Shown here in pieces: positions 32,117 to 41,164 of a stretch of DNA of 64,000 nucleotides (within the stretch, counting starts at the first letter, position 1; the number at the start of each line of letters is the position of its first letter). A model generated the notes under the pieces. The model saw only the letters and a program-made list of their open reading frames with translations, was not told the origin of the DNA and did no database searches. A program made the translations under genes and the position numbers. This stretch comes from an uncultured Anaerolineae bacterium (lineage in GTDB: Bacteria; Chloroflexota; Anaerolineae; CG2-30-64-16): contig CAKZKT010000014.1 in assembly GCA_937124585.1 (NCBI GenBank), positions 7,393 to 71,392 on the forward strand, in the 5' to 3' direction.

Positions 32117-32146
32117 ATTGTAACATGTCCGATGAGGCGGCTCCAA
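32117..32146 (-). promoter_or_regulatory. Promoter of the darA-PII-CaCA unit
   Basis: Minus strand TTGGAG-N18-TACAAT with extended TG. Confidence 0.5.
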
Positions 32147-32225
32147 ATATGGTATTTTCGTGGCGTAGCGCCCCTGTGGCCTGCACGCGGCGGTAGAGAC
32201 GTTGCATGCAACGTCTCTACAAGCC

Positions 32226-33482
32226 CTATCGGTTGCTCTCATCCACCGCCCGCATCAGCGCCTCACCGTGCTGCAACAACAATTTCGCGCGTTCCTCAGG
32301 CACGCCCTTCGTCTCCAGGTATTTCGCCAGCAGCTCAACCGGCGCGAGCGCCTCCACCGAGACCGCGCCGAGGCGGATGCGGTCGGGACGCTCCATTTCC
32401 TTCTGCAGCGCGGCCACGAAGTACGCGGCCTCCAGCGCCCGGAAGATCTCGCGTTCGACCAGAAGCGATTCCTGCTCCTGGCGCAGGGTCACGATCACAC
32501 GCACGACCGCTTCTGCGAGCTCTGGCTTCGACCGGATGGCCTTCACCACCTCCGCAGTGGGTTCTGTCGCATCGCGCACGTCGGCCTTCACGGTCACAAA
32601 CGGCCGCGCCTGGCGCCGGTAGCCGCGCTCGAACCGCCAGGTCGTCAGCTCGTCCGAGATCTCGGCCACGACGAAGCCCTTGGGGTCGTCTTCCTCGCTG
32701 AAATCAATCCGCTCGATGCTGCCGCTGTAGACGATGGGTGGCTGCAAGTCGCCGTTGAGGCTCTGGTGCTTGTGGATATGGCCCAACGCGACGTAGCGCC
32801 AGGCCGGGTCGGCCAGCACCGCGCGCGGGATCGCCGCGTCGCGGCCGATCATGATGTTCTTCTCCGACCCGTGGGCAGCCTCGTTGACGCTGAAGTGGCC
32901 GACGAGAATGGCCGGCACCTCCGGCCGTTGCCTGGCCTGCGTCGCCAACGCCCGGATGTTCTCGATCATGGCGTTCTGCAACAGCGCGTCCAGCTCGGCC
33001 AGGCTCTTGCCCTGCGTCTGTTCCCGACTCACCAGCGCGCTGCGCAGCGGATAGGGAACCGTCGCCACCTGCAGCGACTGCCCGCGGCGGCAGACGATCT
33101 GGTGGATCTCCTCGCGATTGCCCACGATGACGTTGGGCACGTCCAGCGTGCCGAAGATGTCAATGCTGGTGGCCCGCCTGGCAACCGCGGGCAGATCGTG
33201 GTTGCCGACGAGCAGGATCACCGGGATACCGGCGTCCGCGATGCGCTTGATGCGCCGGGCGAACTCGCGCTGGTAGGTGGAGTTGGGGTCGCGCGTCTTG
33301 TACGCGTCGCCGGCGAAGACGAACACATCCACGCCCTGCTCGATGGCGTAATCGCCGACGTCGCTCAGGCGACGCAGGAAGTCCATGACGCGACCGTTGA
33401 TCCCGGTGGCCGGGTCAATCCGGCCGTAGTTTTCCATGCCGATGTGGATGTCGGCAGTGTGCAGGAGCTTAATCGGTGGCAT
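32226..33482 (-). CDS. sbcD: SbcD/Mre11 nuclease
   Basis: LLHTADIHIG, FAGDAY, LVGNHD, VGHF, YVALGHIH, YSGS...DFSEE. Confidence 0.92.
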   Translation of the reverse strand: MPPIKLLHTADIHIGMENYGRIDPATGINGRVMDFLRRLSDVGDYAIEQGVDVFVFAGDAYKTRDPNSTYQREFARRIKRIADAGIPVILLVGNHDLPAVARRATSIDIFGTLDVPNVIVGNREEIHQIVCRRGQSLQVATVPYPLRSALVSREQTQGKSLAELDALLQNAMIENIRALATQARQRPEVPAILVGHFSVNEAAHGSEKNIMIGRDAAIPRAVLADPAWRYVALGHIHKHQSLNGDLQPPIVYSGSIERIDFSEEDDPKGFVVAEISDELTTWRFERGYRRQARPFVTVKADVRDATEPTAEVVKAIRSKPELAEAVVRVIVTLRQEQESLLVEREIFRALEAAYFVAALQKEMERPDRIRLGAVSVEALAPVELLAKYLETKGVPEERAKLLLQHGEALMRAVDESNR

Positions 33483-33497
33483 AGATATCTGTTCCCC

Positions 33498-33763
33498 CTA
33501 CACCAACCACTCGATGGCGATCAAATGCCGGACCTGGCGAAATTCGGGATCGCCGGTAAGAAGGGTCGCGTCCATTCCCTGAGCCAACGCGACCGCAAAG
33601 GCATCCGCGCAGGAGAGCGCATACTAGGCCTTCACATGCGCGGCGGCGAAGGTCAGCTGCCGGTCGGCGTCAATCACGACGATCGGCAGCTAGTCCACGG
33701 CAGCGATGACGCGACGGGCTGCTGGTCCACGGCAGCAATGACGCGACGGGCTGCAGTCCCCAT
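33498..33763 (-). pseudogene. vapC: Decayed VapC (PIN) toxin, C-terminal half only
   Basis: Manual translation: AARRVIAAVD*LPIVVIDADRQLTFAAAHVKA*YALSCADAFAVALAQGMDATLLTGDPEFRQVRHLIAIEWLV*. Two internal TAG codons and a frameshifting 32-bp duplication. Confidence 0.85.
33690..33753. repeat. 32-bp direct tandem duplication
   Basis: 33690-33721 and 33722-33753 match at 30 of 32 positions. Confidence 0.9.
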
Positions 33764-33800
33764 CTCCTTGTCTCCTTGTTTCCTTGCTTCCTCACTTCCC
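33763..33800. repeat. Degenerate 8-mer tandem repeat
   Basis: tctccttg tctccttg tttccttg cttcctca cttccc. Confidence 0.7.
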
Positions 33801-33802
33801 CC

Positions 33803-35581
33803 TCAATCAAACCCCTCAAACTCCTTCGGCGGGCGCATGGCGGCGACGTTGTCGTTCAGCCGACGGTTGAGCTCAGCTGCGTCGGCGAAGCCCATGGCTT
33901 TGTAGAAGGCGGTGTCGTAGCGCCGCGTCTGCACCACGACCGGCATGGGGACCGCGTGGCCCAGGATAAGGGCCTGCTCGCGGGTGTCGAGGCGGGCCAG
34001 CACCTCGCGCAGCCCCTCGCCGCCGCTGACGCCGGAGAGCACGGCCTTGATGTCATCCGGGTTGTCCAGCAGCATGGTGACGCGCGTGCCGATCTGCGAC
34101 ATGACCTCGCCGTCAATGCCGGAGGGCCGCTGATCCACGATGAACAACGTGACGTTGTACTTGCGCAGCTCGCGCGCGATGGTGCCGAAGATGGTGTTGG
34201 CGGCGATGGCCGGGTCCAGGAACTTGTGCGCCTCCTCGATGGTGATCACCAGCGGGGTCGGCTCCTGGCCGGCCGCGCCGAAAGACGCCTCTTTGCGCTC
34301 GACGTACAAACGATGGATGCGTCGGGTCAGGAAGTTGGCCACCAGGATGTACGCGCCCAGGTCCGAGCCGTAGCGGCCGAACTCCAGCACGACGCTGGTG
34401 CCCGCCTCCAGATACCGCATGATCCGGCCCACCGAGTCGTCCAGCGCCTTGGGCCGGAGAAAGCCGTAGTTGCGCATGCGCTCGAAACGGCGACGCAGCG
34501 CGGCCAGGGTGTTCTGGCCCTGGCCGGTGTCGTCGGCCAGCGCCTTGAGGCCGGAAACCTCCTTGCCCGTGTCCGGGTCGAAGCCGCCGTACGCGTCCAC
34601 CCACTCGTCGTTCAGGAAGTTGGCCAGCCACGCCTTGCCGAACTTGCGAAAAAGCGCGTACACCGCGCCGATCTGCGGCTCCGACAGGTTCAGGATGCCC
34701 GCCAGCATCTCCAGGTCCTCGGGCTCGATCTGATCGTAGCCGATGGTCACGGTGTAATCGGGGTCCGAGCCGCGGCGGCGGGAAGAGTCGGGGTCCAGGG
34801 TGAAGATGCTGACCTGGCCGGGGAAGATCTGCTTCAAGCCCTTGACCTGGCCGCCCAGGTCCTCGCTGGAGCCGGCCCAGCCGTACTCGTTGTGCATGTC
34901 GAAGATCAGGTTGACCGCAACCCGATGCTTGATGACGCCCGCCAGGAGCAGCCGCGAGAGGAACGTCTTGCCTGTGCCCGACTTGCCGAAGACGCCGCTG
35001 GAGCGCTCCACCAGCCGCTCCAGGCTCAGGGTGATCTTCACGTTCTCCATGTCCAGTGGCTGTCCGATGTGGAAAAAATGGGCCGTCTTGCCGCCGATCC
35101 TCCGCTCCCCCTCCGGCCCGAAAACCTGATCCACCTCGGCCTGGCTGGCGGTGTAGACCGGCGTGAAATGGGCCGGCACGGTCTTCACCGGCTTCACCTC
35201 GCCAGCTTCCTCCATGATCAGGAGCGGGCTGAGGTGCACCGTGCCGAAGGTAGCCGTGCCCTGGTACACCGCGGCCAGGAACGGATCGGACATGTCGGGC
35301 GGCTGCTTGGCGATGAGGGGGTTGGTGCTGTCCAGCGCCACGTCGGTGATCATGCAGAAGAACCTGGCCTGGCGTCCCCGTGCCACAACATAACGCCCCA
35401 CTGCGAGCGCTTCCAGGGACACATCGCGGTCCAACTTGACCGCCAGCCCCTCGCTCAACGAGCCGCCGATGACCACGCCCAGGCGGTCGGCGTGCTCGCG
35501 GGCCGCGGCCAGGGCGGCGCGCTCCTCGGTGGCGGAGATGAGCGCGTCCCAAGCAGCATCGCCTGAATCTAAACCGGTCAT
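33803..35581 (-). CDS. herA: HerA-family ATPase/helicase
   Basis: N-terminal HAS barrel (VVIGGSLSEGL), Walker A GKSGTGKT, IFDMHNEY, Walker B IEEAH, RELRKY, VDQRPS, R-finger ARL. The ATG at 35581 overlaps the abiEii stop (ATGA). Confidence 0.9.
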   Translation of the reverse strand: MTGLDSGDAAWDALISATEERAALAAAREHADRLGVVIGGSLSEGLAVKLDRDVSLEALAVGRYVVARGRQARFFCMITDVALDSTNPLIAKQPPDMSDPFLAAVYQGTATFGTVHLSPLLIMEEAGEVKPVKTVPAHFTPVYTASQAEVDQVFGPEGERRIGGKTAHFFHIGQPLDMENVKITLSLERLVERSSGVFGKSGTGKTFLSRLLLAGVIKHRVAVNLIFDMHNEYGWAGSSEDLGGQVKGLKQIFPGQVSIFTLDPDSSRRRGSDPDYTVTIGYDQIEPEDLEMLAGILNLSEPQIGAVYALFRKFGKAWLANFLNDEWVDAYGGFDPDTGKEVSGLKALADDTGQGQNTLAALRRRFERMRNYGFLRPKALDDSVGRIMRYLEAGTSVVLEFGRYGSDLGAYILVANFLTRRIHRLYVERKEASFGAAGQEPTPLVITIEEAHKFLDPAIAANTIFGTIARELRKYNVTLFIVDQRPSGIDGEVMSQIGTRVTMLLDNPDDIKAVLSGVSGGEGLREVLARLDTREQALILGHAVPMPVVVQTRRYDTAFYKAMGFADAAELNRRLNDNVAAMRPPKEFEGFD

Positions 35582-36405
35582 AACTGTTCGCCCCCTTGTT
35601 TGCCTGCCAACAATCGCAGCAAATTCTCTTGCGTCAAGAGATCGAGAGAAACATTCGGCTCTAGAAATGGACGTACATCGGCGACAATTCGCGCCCAATC
35701 CAAACCCGTCAATCGGCCAGCAACGACTGATCGCCACGTTTCGGCCGTCAACGTTGGGCCGGGCCAACCGGTTTGCCGAAGCGCGTTGTTCAATAGCATC
35801 AAATTCGGCGCAGGCCAGCTCGGATCGCCAAGATACCACAGCAAATCGTAGATGTCTCGGCCTTTGGTGTAAGATCGCTGGAGGACCGCATGCAGTTTGC
35901 CTGCGAGCAGTGAGGCGCGGTCGTGGTGCTGGAGCTGAAGCGTCACATAACGACGTACCACGGTGGTTTCCAGCCCTGCACCTGCAGGGGGATTTGTATC
36001 TACTTCGATCTTGACCGCCAGGACCTCTTCACGAAATGGCGATAACGCGAACTCGTGAAGCAGGCCAGGAAAGCGGACAAAGGCGTTATGGATGGTCTTC
36101 CGATCATTCACTTTTAGTTCAACAGTGTAGCCTTCAACAGACAAACTGCCGCGAATAACTTTAAGATATGTGCGCAGATCATACGACGCTTTGTCCCTTT
36201 CCAGGGCAAAATCCAGGTCTTCAGAGTAGCGTTGACTACCATACAGAAACCGCAATGCAGTGCCGCCATGGAAGGCCAACGGGATCATTGCGCCTGCACG
36301 TTGAAGCGCCGCCAGTACTCTGGCTTGCAGGTATTCGCGCAGTATATTGCGGCCCTGGGCGGGCGTCGCTGCCGATCGCACCAACATCGCAAGATACTCT
36401 TTCAT
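35578..36405 (-). CDS. abiEii: AbiEii-family nucleotidyltransferase toxin (type IV TA)
   Basis: FHGGTALR, RYSEDLDF, KIEVD, GKLHA, KGRDIYDL. Confidence 0.9.
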   Translation of the reverse strand: MKEYLAMLVRSAATPAQGRNILREYLQARVLAALQRAGAMIPLAFHGGTALRFLYGSQRYSEDLDFALERDKASYDLRTYLKVIRGSLSVEGYTVELKVNDRKTIHNAFVRFPGLLHEFALSPFREEVLAVKIEVDTNPPAGAGLETTVVRRYVTLQLQHHDRASLLAGKLHAVLQRSYTKGRDIYDLLWYLGDPSWPAPNLMLLNNALRQTGWPGPTLTAETWRSVVAGRLTGLDWARIVADVRPFLEPNVSLDLLTQENLLRLLAGKQGGEQL

Positions 36406-37043
36406 AGTATCTCGTACTCCGCTGCTTCGCCCTGAGCCAGATCGCGAATATGCGCGACTGCACGCTTCAGCTTGGGGCGACCACTTCGCGCCGCGAACTG
36501 TTCTAGTTCAGTCAAGTTGAGCCGATCGAGATTCTGCAATCGCAGTTCTCGCAGGTACGCCGGATTGTCACCTGCCGGGCTCAAATAGATCAGGTCAAGC
36601 AAAGCCTTTTCCGGCGCGGCAACAAACGCGCGCTGATCTGCGCCGACTTCCACCAGGCGATAACCATATAACAGGTTAATCTGAATGTGCCGATACATGA
36701 AACTGCCCAGGGGCGTATCCCATTGTCCTGGCCGACCGGCAGTGACGCTGGTTGTGAGCGGCGTGTATTCGGGGATGAGGCCGTAATGTGCCAGCACCGA
36801 TTGACAACTGACGTAGGACCCGCGCACGAGACGATTGGCGATGACAAACGGATGCGGTTTGCTGCGTTGAAATGGCGGAGCCAACGCATAAACTCCACGG
36901 CGCAACTGATAGAGCCGGCCCGCGGCGCACCAGCGGGACAATTGCTTCTGCACTCCCGAGGGGTTTACATGGCCGGCCAGCAACAAACCGGTTTCGAATA
37001 CCGGCTCATCTTGAACAATTCGCAGCAACTCCGCAAATTCCAT
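36402..37043 (-). CDS. abiEi: AbiEi-like antitoxin / transcriptional regulator
   Basis: QLSRW...LRRGVY (wHTH), SYVSCQSVL, TSVT, PEKALLDLIYL; ATGA overlap with the toxin. Confidence 0.82.
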   Translation of the reverse strand: MEFAELLRIVQDEPVFETGLLLAGHVNPSGVQKQLSRWCAAGRLYQLRRGVYALAPPFQRSKPHPFVIANRLVRGSYVSCQSVLAHYGLIPEYTPLTTSVTAGRPGQWDTPLGSFMYRHIQINLLYGYRLVEVGADQRAFVAAPEKALLDLIYLSPAGDNPAYLRELRLQNLDRLNLTELEQFAARSGRPKLKRAVAHIRDLAQGEAAEYEIL

Positions 37044-37049
37044 ACCGAT

Positions 37050-37078
37050 ATTTTACCAAAAACGGGAAGTTATTGCAA
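37050..37078 (-). promoter_or_regulatory. abiE promoter, probably producing a leaderless mRNA
   Basis: TTGCAA-N17-TAAAAT with extended TG; only 6 nt separate the -10 box from the ATG at 37043. Confidence 0.7.
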
Positions 37079-37930
37079 CGAAATCACAATGTCAGCACAC
37101 GCGGCCACGAAGATCAGCACGCTGATGTAGCCGTTGACGTTGAAGAAGGCCAGGTTGACCCGGCTCAGGTCGTCGGGCTTGACCAGGCTGTTCTCCCACC
37201 ACAACAGGACGGCCACCAGCAGCACGCCGGCCCAGAAGGGCCACCCCAGCCCGAGCGACAGGCCGGCCGCGGCCAGCAGGAGCACGGTCAGGACGTGATT
37301 GGCTTTCGCCAGGCGCAGCGCGATCGCGTTGCCGAACCGGGCCGGCACCGAGTGCAGCCCCTCCCGGCGATCGAACTCGGTGTCCTGGCAAGCATAGATG
37401 ATGTCGAAGCCGGCCATCCAAAAGGTCACCGTCAGCCACAGGAGGCACGGCGCCGGATGCGCCAGCGAGCCGGTCACTGCGGCCCATGCCCCGGCCACGG
37501 CCATGCCGTCGGTGAAGCCCAGGATCCAGTGGCTGGCCCACGTGAACCGTTTAGTATAACTGTAGCCCACCAGAAAGATCACCGCGGCCGGCAGGAGCGC
37601 GAGCACGAAGCGGTTGAGTTGCCACGCGGCTAGCGTCAACACCCCCAGCGCGACCGCGGCAATGGCCCGCACTACGGCCGGGCTGATCTCGCCCCGCGGC
37701 AAGGGACGGCCCTGGGTGCGGGGATTGCGCGCATCGTAGAAGCGGTCGGCCAGGCGGTTGACCGAGAAGGCCAGGGTGCGGGCCGCGGCCATCGCTACGG
37801 TGATCCAGAGGAAGATGCGCCATCCCGGCCACCCGCGCGCCGCCAACACCATCCCCAAATAGGCAAAGGGGAGGGCAAAGATGGTGTGCTCGAACTTCAC
37901 AATCTCCAGAAACACGCGCAGCTGCCTCAT
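37070..37930 (-). CDS. ubiA: UbiA-family prenyltransferase (MqnP-like)
   Basis: KFEHTIFALP, AARTLAFSVNRLADR.YDARNPRT, YSYTKRF, GFDIIYACQD; ATGA overlap with ubiD. Confidence 0.9.
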   Translation of the reverse strand: MRQLRVFLEIVKFEHTIFALPFAYLGMVLAARGWPGWRIFLWITVAMAAARTLAFSVNRLADRFYDARNPRTQGRPLPRGEISPAVVRAIAAVALGVLTLAAWQLNRFVLALLPAAVIFLVGYSYTKRFTWASHWILGFTDGMAVAGAWAAVTGSLAHPAPCLLWLTVTFWMAGFDIIYACQDTEFDRREGLHSVPARFGNAIALRLAKANHVLTVLLLAAAGLSLGLGWPFWAGVLLVAVLLWWENSLVKPDDLSRVNLAFFNVNGYISVLIFVAACADIVISLQ

Positions 37931-39396
37931 GGGATGCCGTACTCCGACCATCGCTCCTCCACCAACTTCTTGATCGCCTCGGGCATGGCGACCATCTCCG
38001 GCCAGGGCCGCGTGTGGCCGTCGGCCGGGCCCTTGGCAGTGGCATCAATGCCGATCTTGCCGCCGTAGGCGAAGCGATGCGACGCGTGATCCAGCGCGTC
38101 GGTGGGGCCCTCCTGGATCACCACATCGCGCGCCCAGTCCACATTGCCGAACAGGTGCCAGTACGCCTCCGCCGTGTTCTGCACGTCCACATCCTCGTCG
38201 AACACCACGATGGCTTTGGCCAGCATCATCAGCCCCAGCCCCCACAGCCCGTTGATGACTTTGCGCGCATGGCCCGGATAGCGTTTCCGGATGCTCACCA
38301 GCACCAGGTTGTGGAACACCCCCTCGGCCGGCATGTTGATGTCCACCACCTCGCTGAGGAAGAGCCGGATGAGGGGCAGGAAGAGCCGCTCGGTAGCCTT
38401 GCCCATCCAGTAGTCCTCCATGGGTGGCCGGCCGACCACCGTGGCCGGGTAGATGGCCGCCCGACGATGGGTGATCGCGGTGATGTGCATGACCGGGTAG
38501 TTGTCAACCGGCGTGTAGTAGCCGGTGTGGTCGCCGAACGGCCCTTCGGGCCGGGACTCAACCGGATCCACGTAGCCCTCGATCACGATCTCGGCATCGG
38601 CCGGGACTTCCAGCGGCTGGGTGATGCAGCGCGCCAGCGATACCGGCCCGCCGCGCAACCAGCCCGCCAGCAGGAACTCATCAATATCGGGCGGCAGCGG
38701 CGCCGACGCACACCACATGACGGCCGGGTCGCCGCCCAGGCTCACAGCCACCGGGATCCGCACATCGCCCAGGCGGCGGGCCGTCCGCTCATGCTCGGCG
38801 CCGCCCTTGTGGAGCTGCCAGTGCATGCCGAGGGTATGGCTGTCGTGCACCTGGAGGCGATACATGCCCACGTTGCGGGTGCCGCGGGCCGGGTCACGGG
38901 TGATCACGGCCGGCAGGGTGATGTAACGGCCGCCGTCCTGCGGCCAGCACCGGAGGGCCGGCAGCCGCTCTACCGTGGCCTCCGCGCCGGTCAGCACCAC
39001 CTCCTGGACAGGCGCGCGGCTCACCAGTCGCGGCCGCAGGCCGATGCTGCGCAGCGCGGCCAGCAACTCGCCGGCGCGCTCCAGCGTCGGCCCCCAGCCG
39101 CGCGGCAGCTCGGGCCGCAGCAGCGCCGCCAGCCGCTCGGTCAGGTCGTCCAGCCGCTCCACGCCAAGCGCCCAGGCCATGCGCCGCGCCGAGCCGAACA
39201 GGTTGATGGCGACCGGCATGTCGTAGCCGCGCACGTTCTCGAACAACAGGGCCTTGTTGGCGTCGGCCCTGCCCTTGCTGATCCGATCCACGATCGCGCT
39301 GATCTCCAGGTCAGCGCTGACCGGCGCTTTGACCCGTATCAGCTCGCCGGCCCCCTCCAGCCGGCCGATGAATGCCCGTAAATCGCGATAGGCCAT
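37927..39396 (-). CDS. ubiD: UbiD-family decarboxylase (MqnL-like menaquinone decarboxylase)
   Basis: AYRDLRAFI, INLFGS, WPQDGGRYIT, NVGMYR, MHWQLHK, EGPFGDHTGYY, DALDHA. Confidence 0.92.
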   Translation of the reverse strand: MAYRDLRAFIGRLEGAGELIRVKAPVSADLEISAIVDRISKGRADANKALLFENVRGYDMPVAINLFGSARRMAWALGVERLDDLTERLAALLRPELPRGWGPTLERAGELLAALRSIGLRPRLVSRAPVQEVVLTGAEATVERLPALRCWPQDGGRYITLPAVITRDPARGTRNVGMYRLQVHDSHTLGMHWQLHKGGAEHERTARRLGDVRIPVAVSLGGDPAVMWCASAPLPPDIDEFLLAGWLRGGPVSLARCITQPLEVPADAEIVIEGYVDPVESRPEGPFGDHTGYYTPVDNYPVMHITAITHRRAAIYPATVVGRPPMEDYWMGKATERLFLPLIRLFLSEVVDINMPAEGVFHNLVLVSIRKRYPGHARKVINGLWGLGLMMLAKAIVVFDEDVDVQNTAEAYWHLFGNVDWARDVVIQEGPTDALDHASHRFAYGGKIGIDATAKGPADGHTRPWPEMVAMPEAIKKLVEERWSEYGIP

Positions 39397-39547
39397 AGTC
39401 TTTTGGATTGCGGCGCCCCGGCGCCGCTTTTGCTCCCCGATGTGGAAGTGCGTCTACTCAATCCAAAGCGGAGACACGTCTCCGCAAGCCAAAGCGGGAC
39501 TCCCGGCGGTCAGGGGTACCGCCCCAAGCACCGGTATAGCAGAACGC

Positions 39548-39583
39548 CACGTGCCAGGCACTCTGCAAGATGCCTGGCACGTG
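39548..39583. repeat. REP-like palindrome (best copy)
   Basis: CACGTGCCAGGCA-CTCTGCAAGA-TGCCTGGCACGTG. Confidence 0.85.
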
Positions 39584-39596
39584 AGTACGGTTGTTC

Positions 39597-41105
39597 TCAA
39601 GCCAGATTATACAGCGCCCCGTACTTCTCGCGCAGGTACGCGATGTACGGCGCGATGCTCAGCGGCCCGCCCGTCACCCGCTCGATCAGCTCGGAGGCGG
39701 TGAACTTGCTGCCGTGCTGGTAGATGTTCTCCCGCAGCCAGCCATGCAGCACGGCGAACCGGCCCTGGCGGATCTCCTCCGGGATCTCCGGATGTGCGGC
39801 GCATGCCGTCGCGAAGAATTGCGCGGCCAGGATGTTGCCCAGCGTGTAGCCCTGGAACGCGCCGCCGATGACGCCGGCGTACCAGTGCACGTCTTGCATA
39901 CAGCCATCTTTGTCGTCCGGCGGCGCGATCCCCAGGTCGGCCTGGTAGCGCGCCCGCCACGCCTCCGGCAGGTCGGCGACCGCCAACTTGCCCTCGAGCA
40001 GCGCCAGCTCCAGGTCGAAGCGGATCATCACGTGCAGGTTGTAGGTCACCTCGTCGGCCGCCGTACGGATGAGCGAACGTTCGACCTTGTTGATGGCGCG
40101 GTAGAATGTATCCTGCGGCACGGCGCCGAGCTGGTCGGGGAAAACCGCTTGCAGTTGAGGATAGAAGTACTCCCAGAAGCCCGGACTACGGCCCACGATG
40201 TTCTCCCACAACCGCGACTGGCTTTCGTGCACCCCCGCCGAGGTGCCGTTGGCCAGCGGCGTGCCCTCGTAGTCCATGCGGATCCCCTGCTCGTACATGG
40301 CGTGGCCCGCCTCGTGCATCACGCTGAAGAGGTTTTCGCCCAGATTGTGCTCGTCCACGCGCGTGGTGATCCGGCAGTCGCCCAGCGAGAACTTGGTCAT
40401 GAACGGATGGTGTGTCTTGTCCAATCGGCCGCGGTCGAAATCGTAGCCGAAGCGCCGGATGACATCCACGGCGAAGTCCCATTGCGCTTTTTCGGGGAAA
40501 TACTGGCGCAGGCACGCATCATCGGCCGGCGGCTGGTCGGTGATGGCCTTGACGATGGGCACAAGCTGGTGCCGCAGTTCGCCGAACAGCGGCCGGATCA
40601 CCGACACCTTCATGCCGTAGTCGGCCCAGTCAATCAGCGGATCGGCGATGTGCTCGTAGGGTTGGAAATAGTCGGCCAGCTGGCGGCTCAGGTCGAGCGT
40701 TTTCTCCAGGCCATCGCGCACGCGGCCGAAATCGTTGGCCGGCCGCGCCTCCGCCCAGCGCTGATACATGTGCGCCGTGTGGCCGGAGAGCTGTGCGACG
40801 AACGCGGACGGCACTTTGATCGCACGCTCGAACTCGCGCCGCGCCACGCGGATGAGCGCGGCATCGTCCGCATCGTAAGGCAGGCTCTCCTCATAGGGCC
40901 GCAGGTCGTCCAAAAGCCGGCCTAGCGCCGGGTCGGTCAGCCGTTCGTGCGCCAGACGGCTCAACAGGGCCGACTGACGGGCGCGCGCCGCGCCGCCTCC
41001 CGGCGGCATGTAGGTGCTCTGGTCCCATCCTAACAACGCCTCGACAGAGTGGAGGTCGTTGATTTCCAGCAACCTTGCCTTCAGTTCTTGCAATTTATCT
41101 TCCAT
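39597..41105 (-). CDS. M32 carboxypeptidase (Taq-type)
   Basis: LLGWDQSTYMP, HPFM, HEAGHAMYEQG, GVHESQSRLWEN, IRTAADE, QDVHW, YTLGN. Confidence 0.93.
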   Translation of the reverse strand: MEDKLQELKARLLEINDLHSVEALLGWDQSTYMPPGGGAARARQSALLSRLAHERLTDPALGRLLDDLRPYEESLPYDADDAALIRVARREFERAIKVPSAFVAQLSGHTAHMYQRWAEARPANDFGRVRDGLEKTLDLSRQLADYFQPYEHIADPLIDWADYGMKVSVIRPLFGELRHQLVPIVKAITDQPPADDACLRQYFPEKAQWDFAVDVIRRFGYDFDRGRLDKTHHPFMTKFSLGDCRITTRVDEHNLGENLFSVMHEAGHAMYEQGIRMDYEGTPLANGTSAGVHESQSRLWENIVGRSPGFWEYFYPQLQAVFPDQLGAVPQDTFYRAINKVERSLIRTAADEVTYNLHVMIRFDLELALLEGKLAVADLPEAWRARYQADLGIAPPDDKDGCMQDVHWYAGVIGGAFQGYTLGNILAAQFFATACAAHPEIPEEIRQGRFAVLHGWLRENIYQHGSKFTASELIERVTGGPLSIAPYIAYLREKYGALYNLA

Positions 41106-41164
41106 GCGTTAACCTCTTTGCCGCGATGATGTTGATTTTGGGCTGCACTTTTAGATATCGCGCC

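Noticed and set aside
33498-33763. TAG reassignment or pyrrolysine read-through restoring vapC
   Set aside because: TAG ends real genes here (acs, ogt, mce, hydB), and the fragment is also frameshifted and 5'-truncated.
33690-33800. Tandem repeats here and at 57424 as CRISPR arrays
   Set aside because: There are no unique spacers, the units are too short or only duplicated, and no cas genes are present.
35582-35839. 86-aa N-terminal extension of HerA in the ORF track
   Set aside because: It lies inside abiEii in another frame and has no HerA-like features; the ATGA-coupled start at 35581 is more plausible.
35560-37095. AbiE cassette as an IS or transposon
   Set aside because: No transposase, terminal inverted repeats or target duplication is visible; reported as an acquired cassette only.
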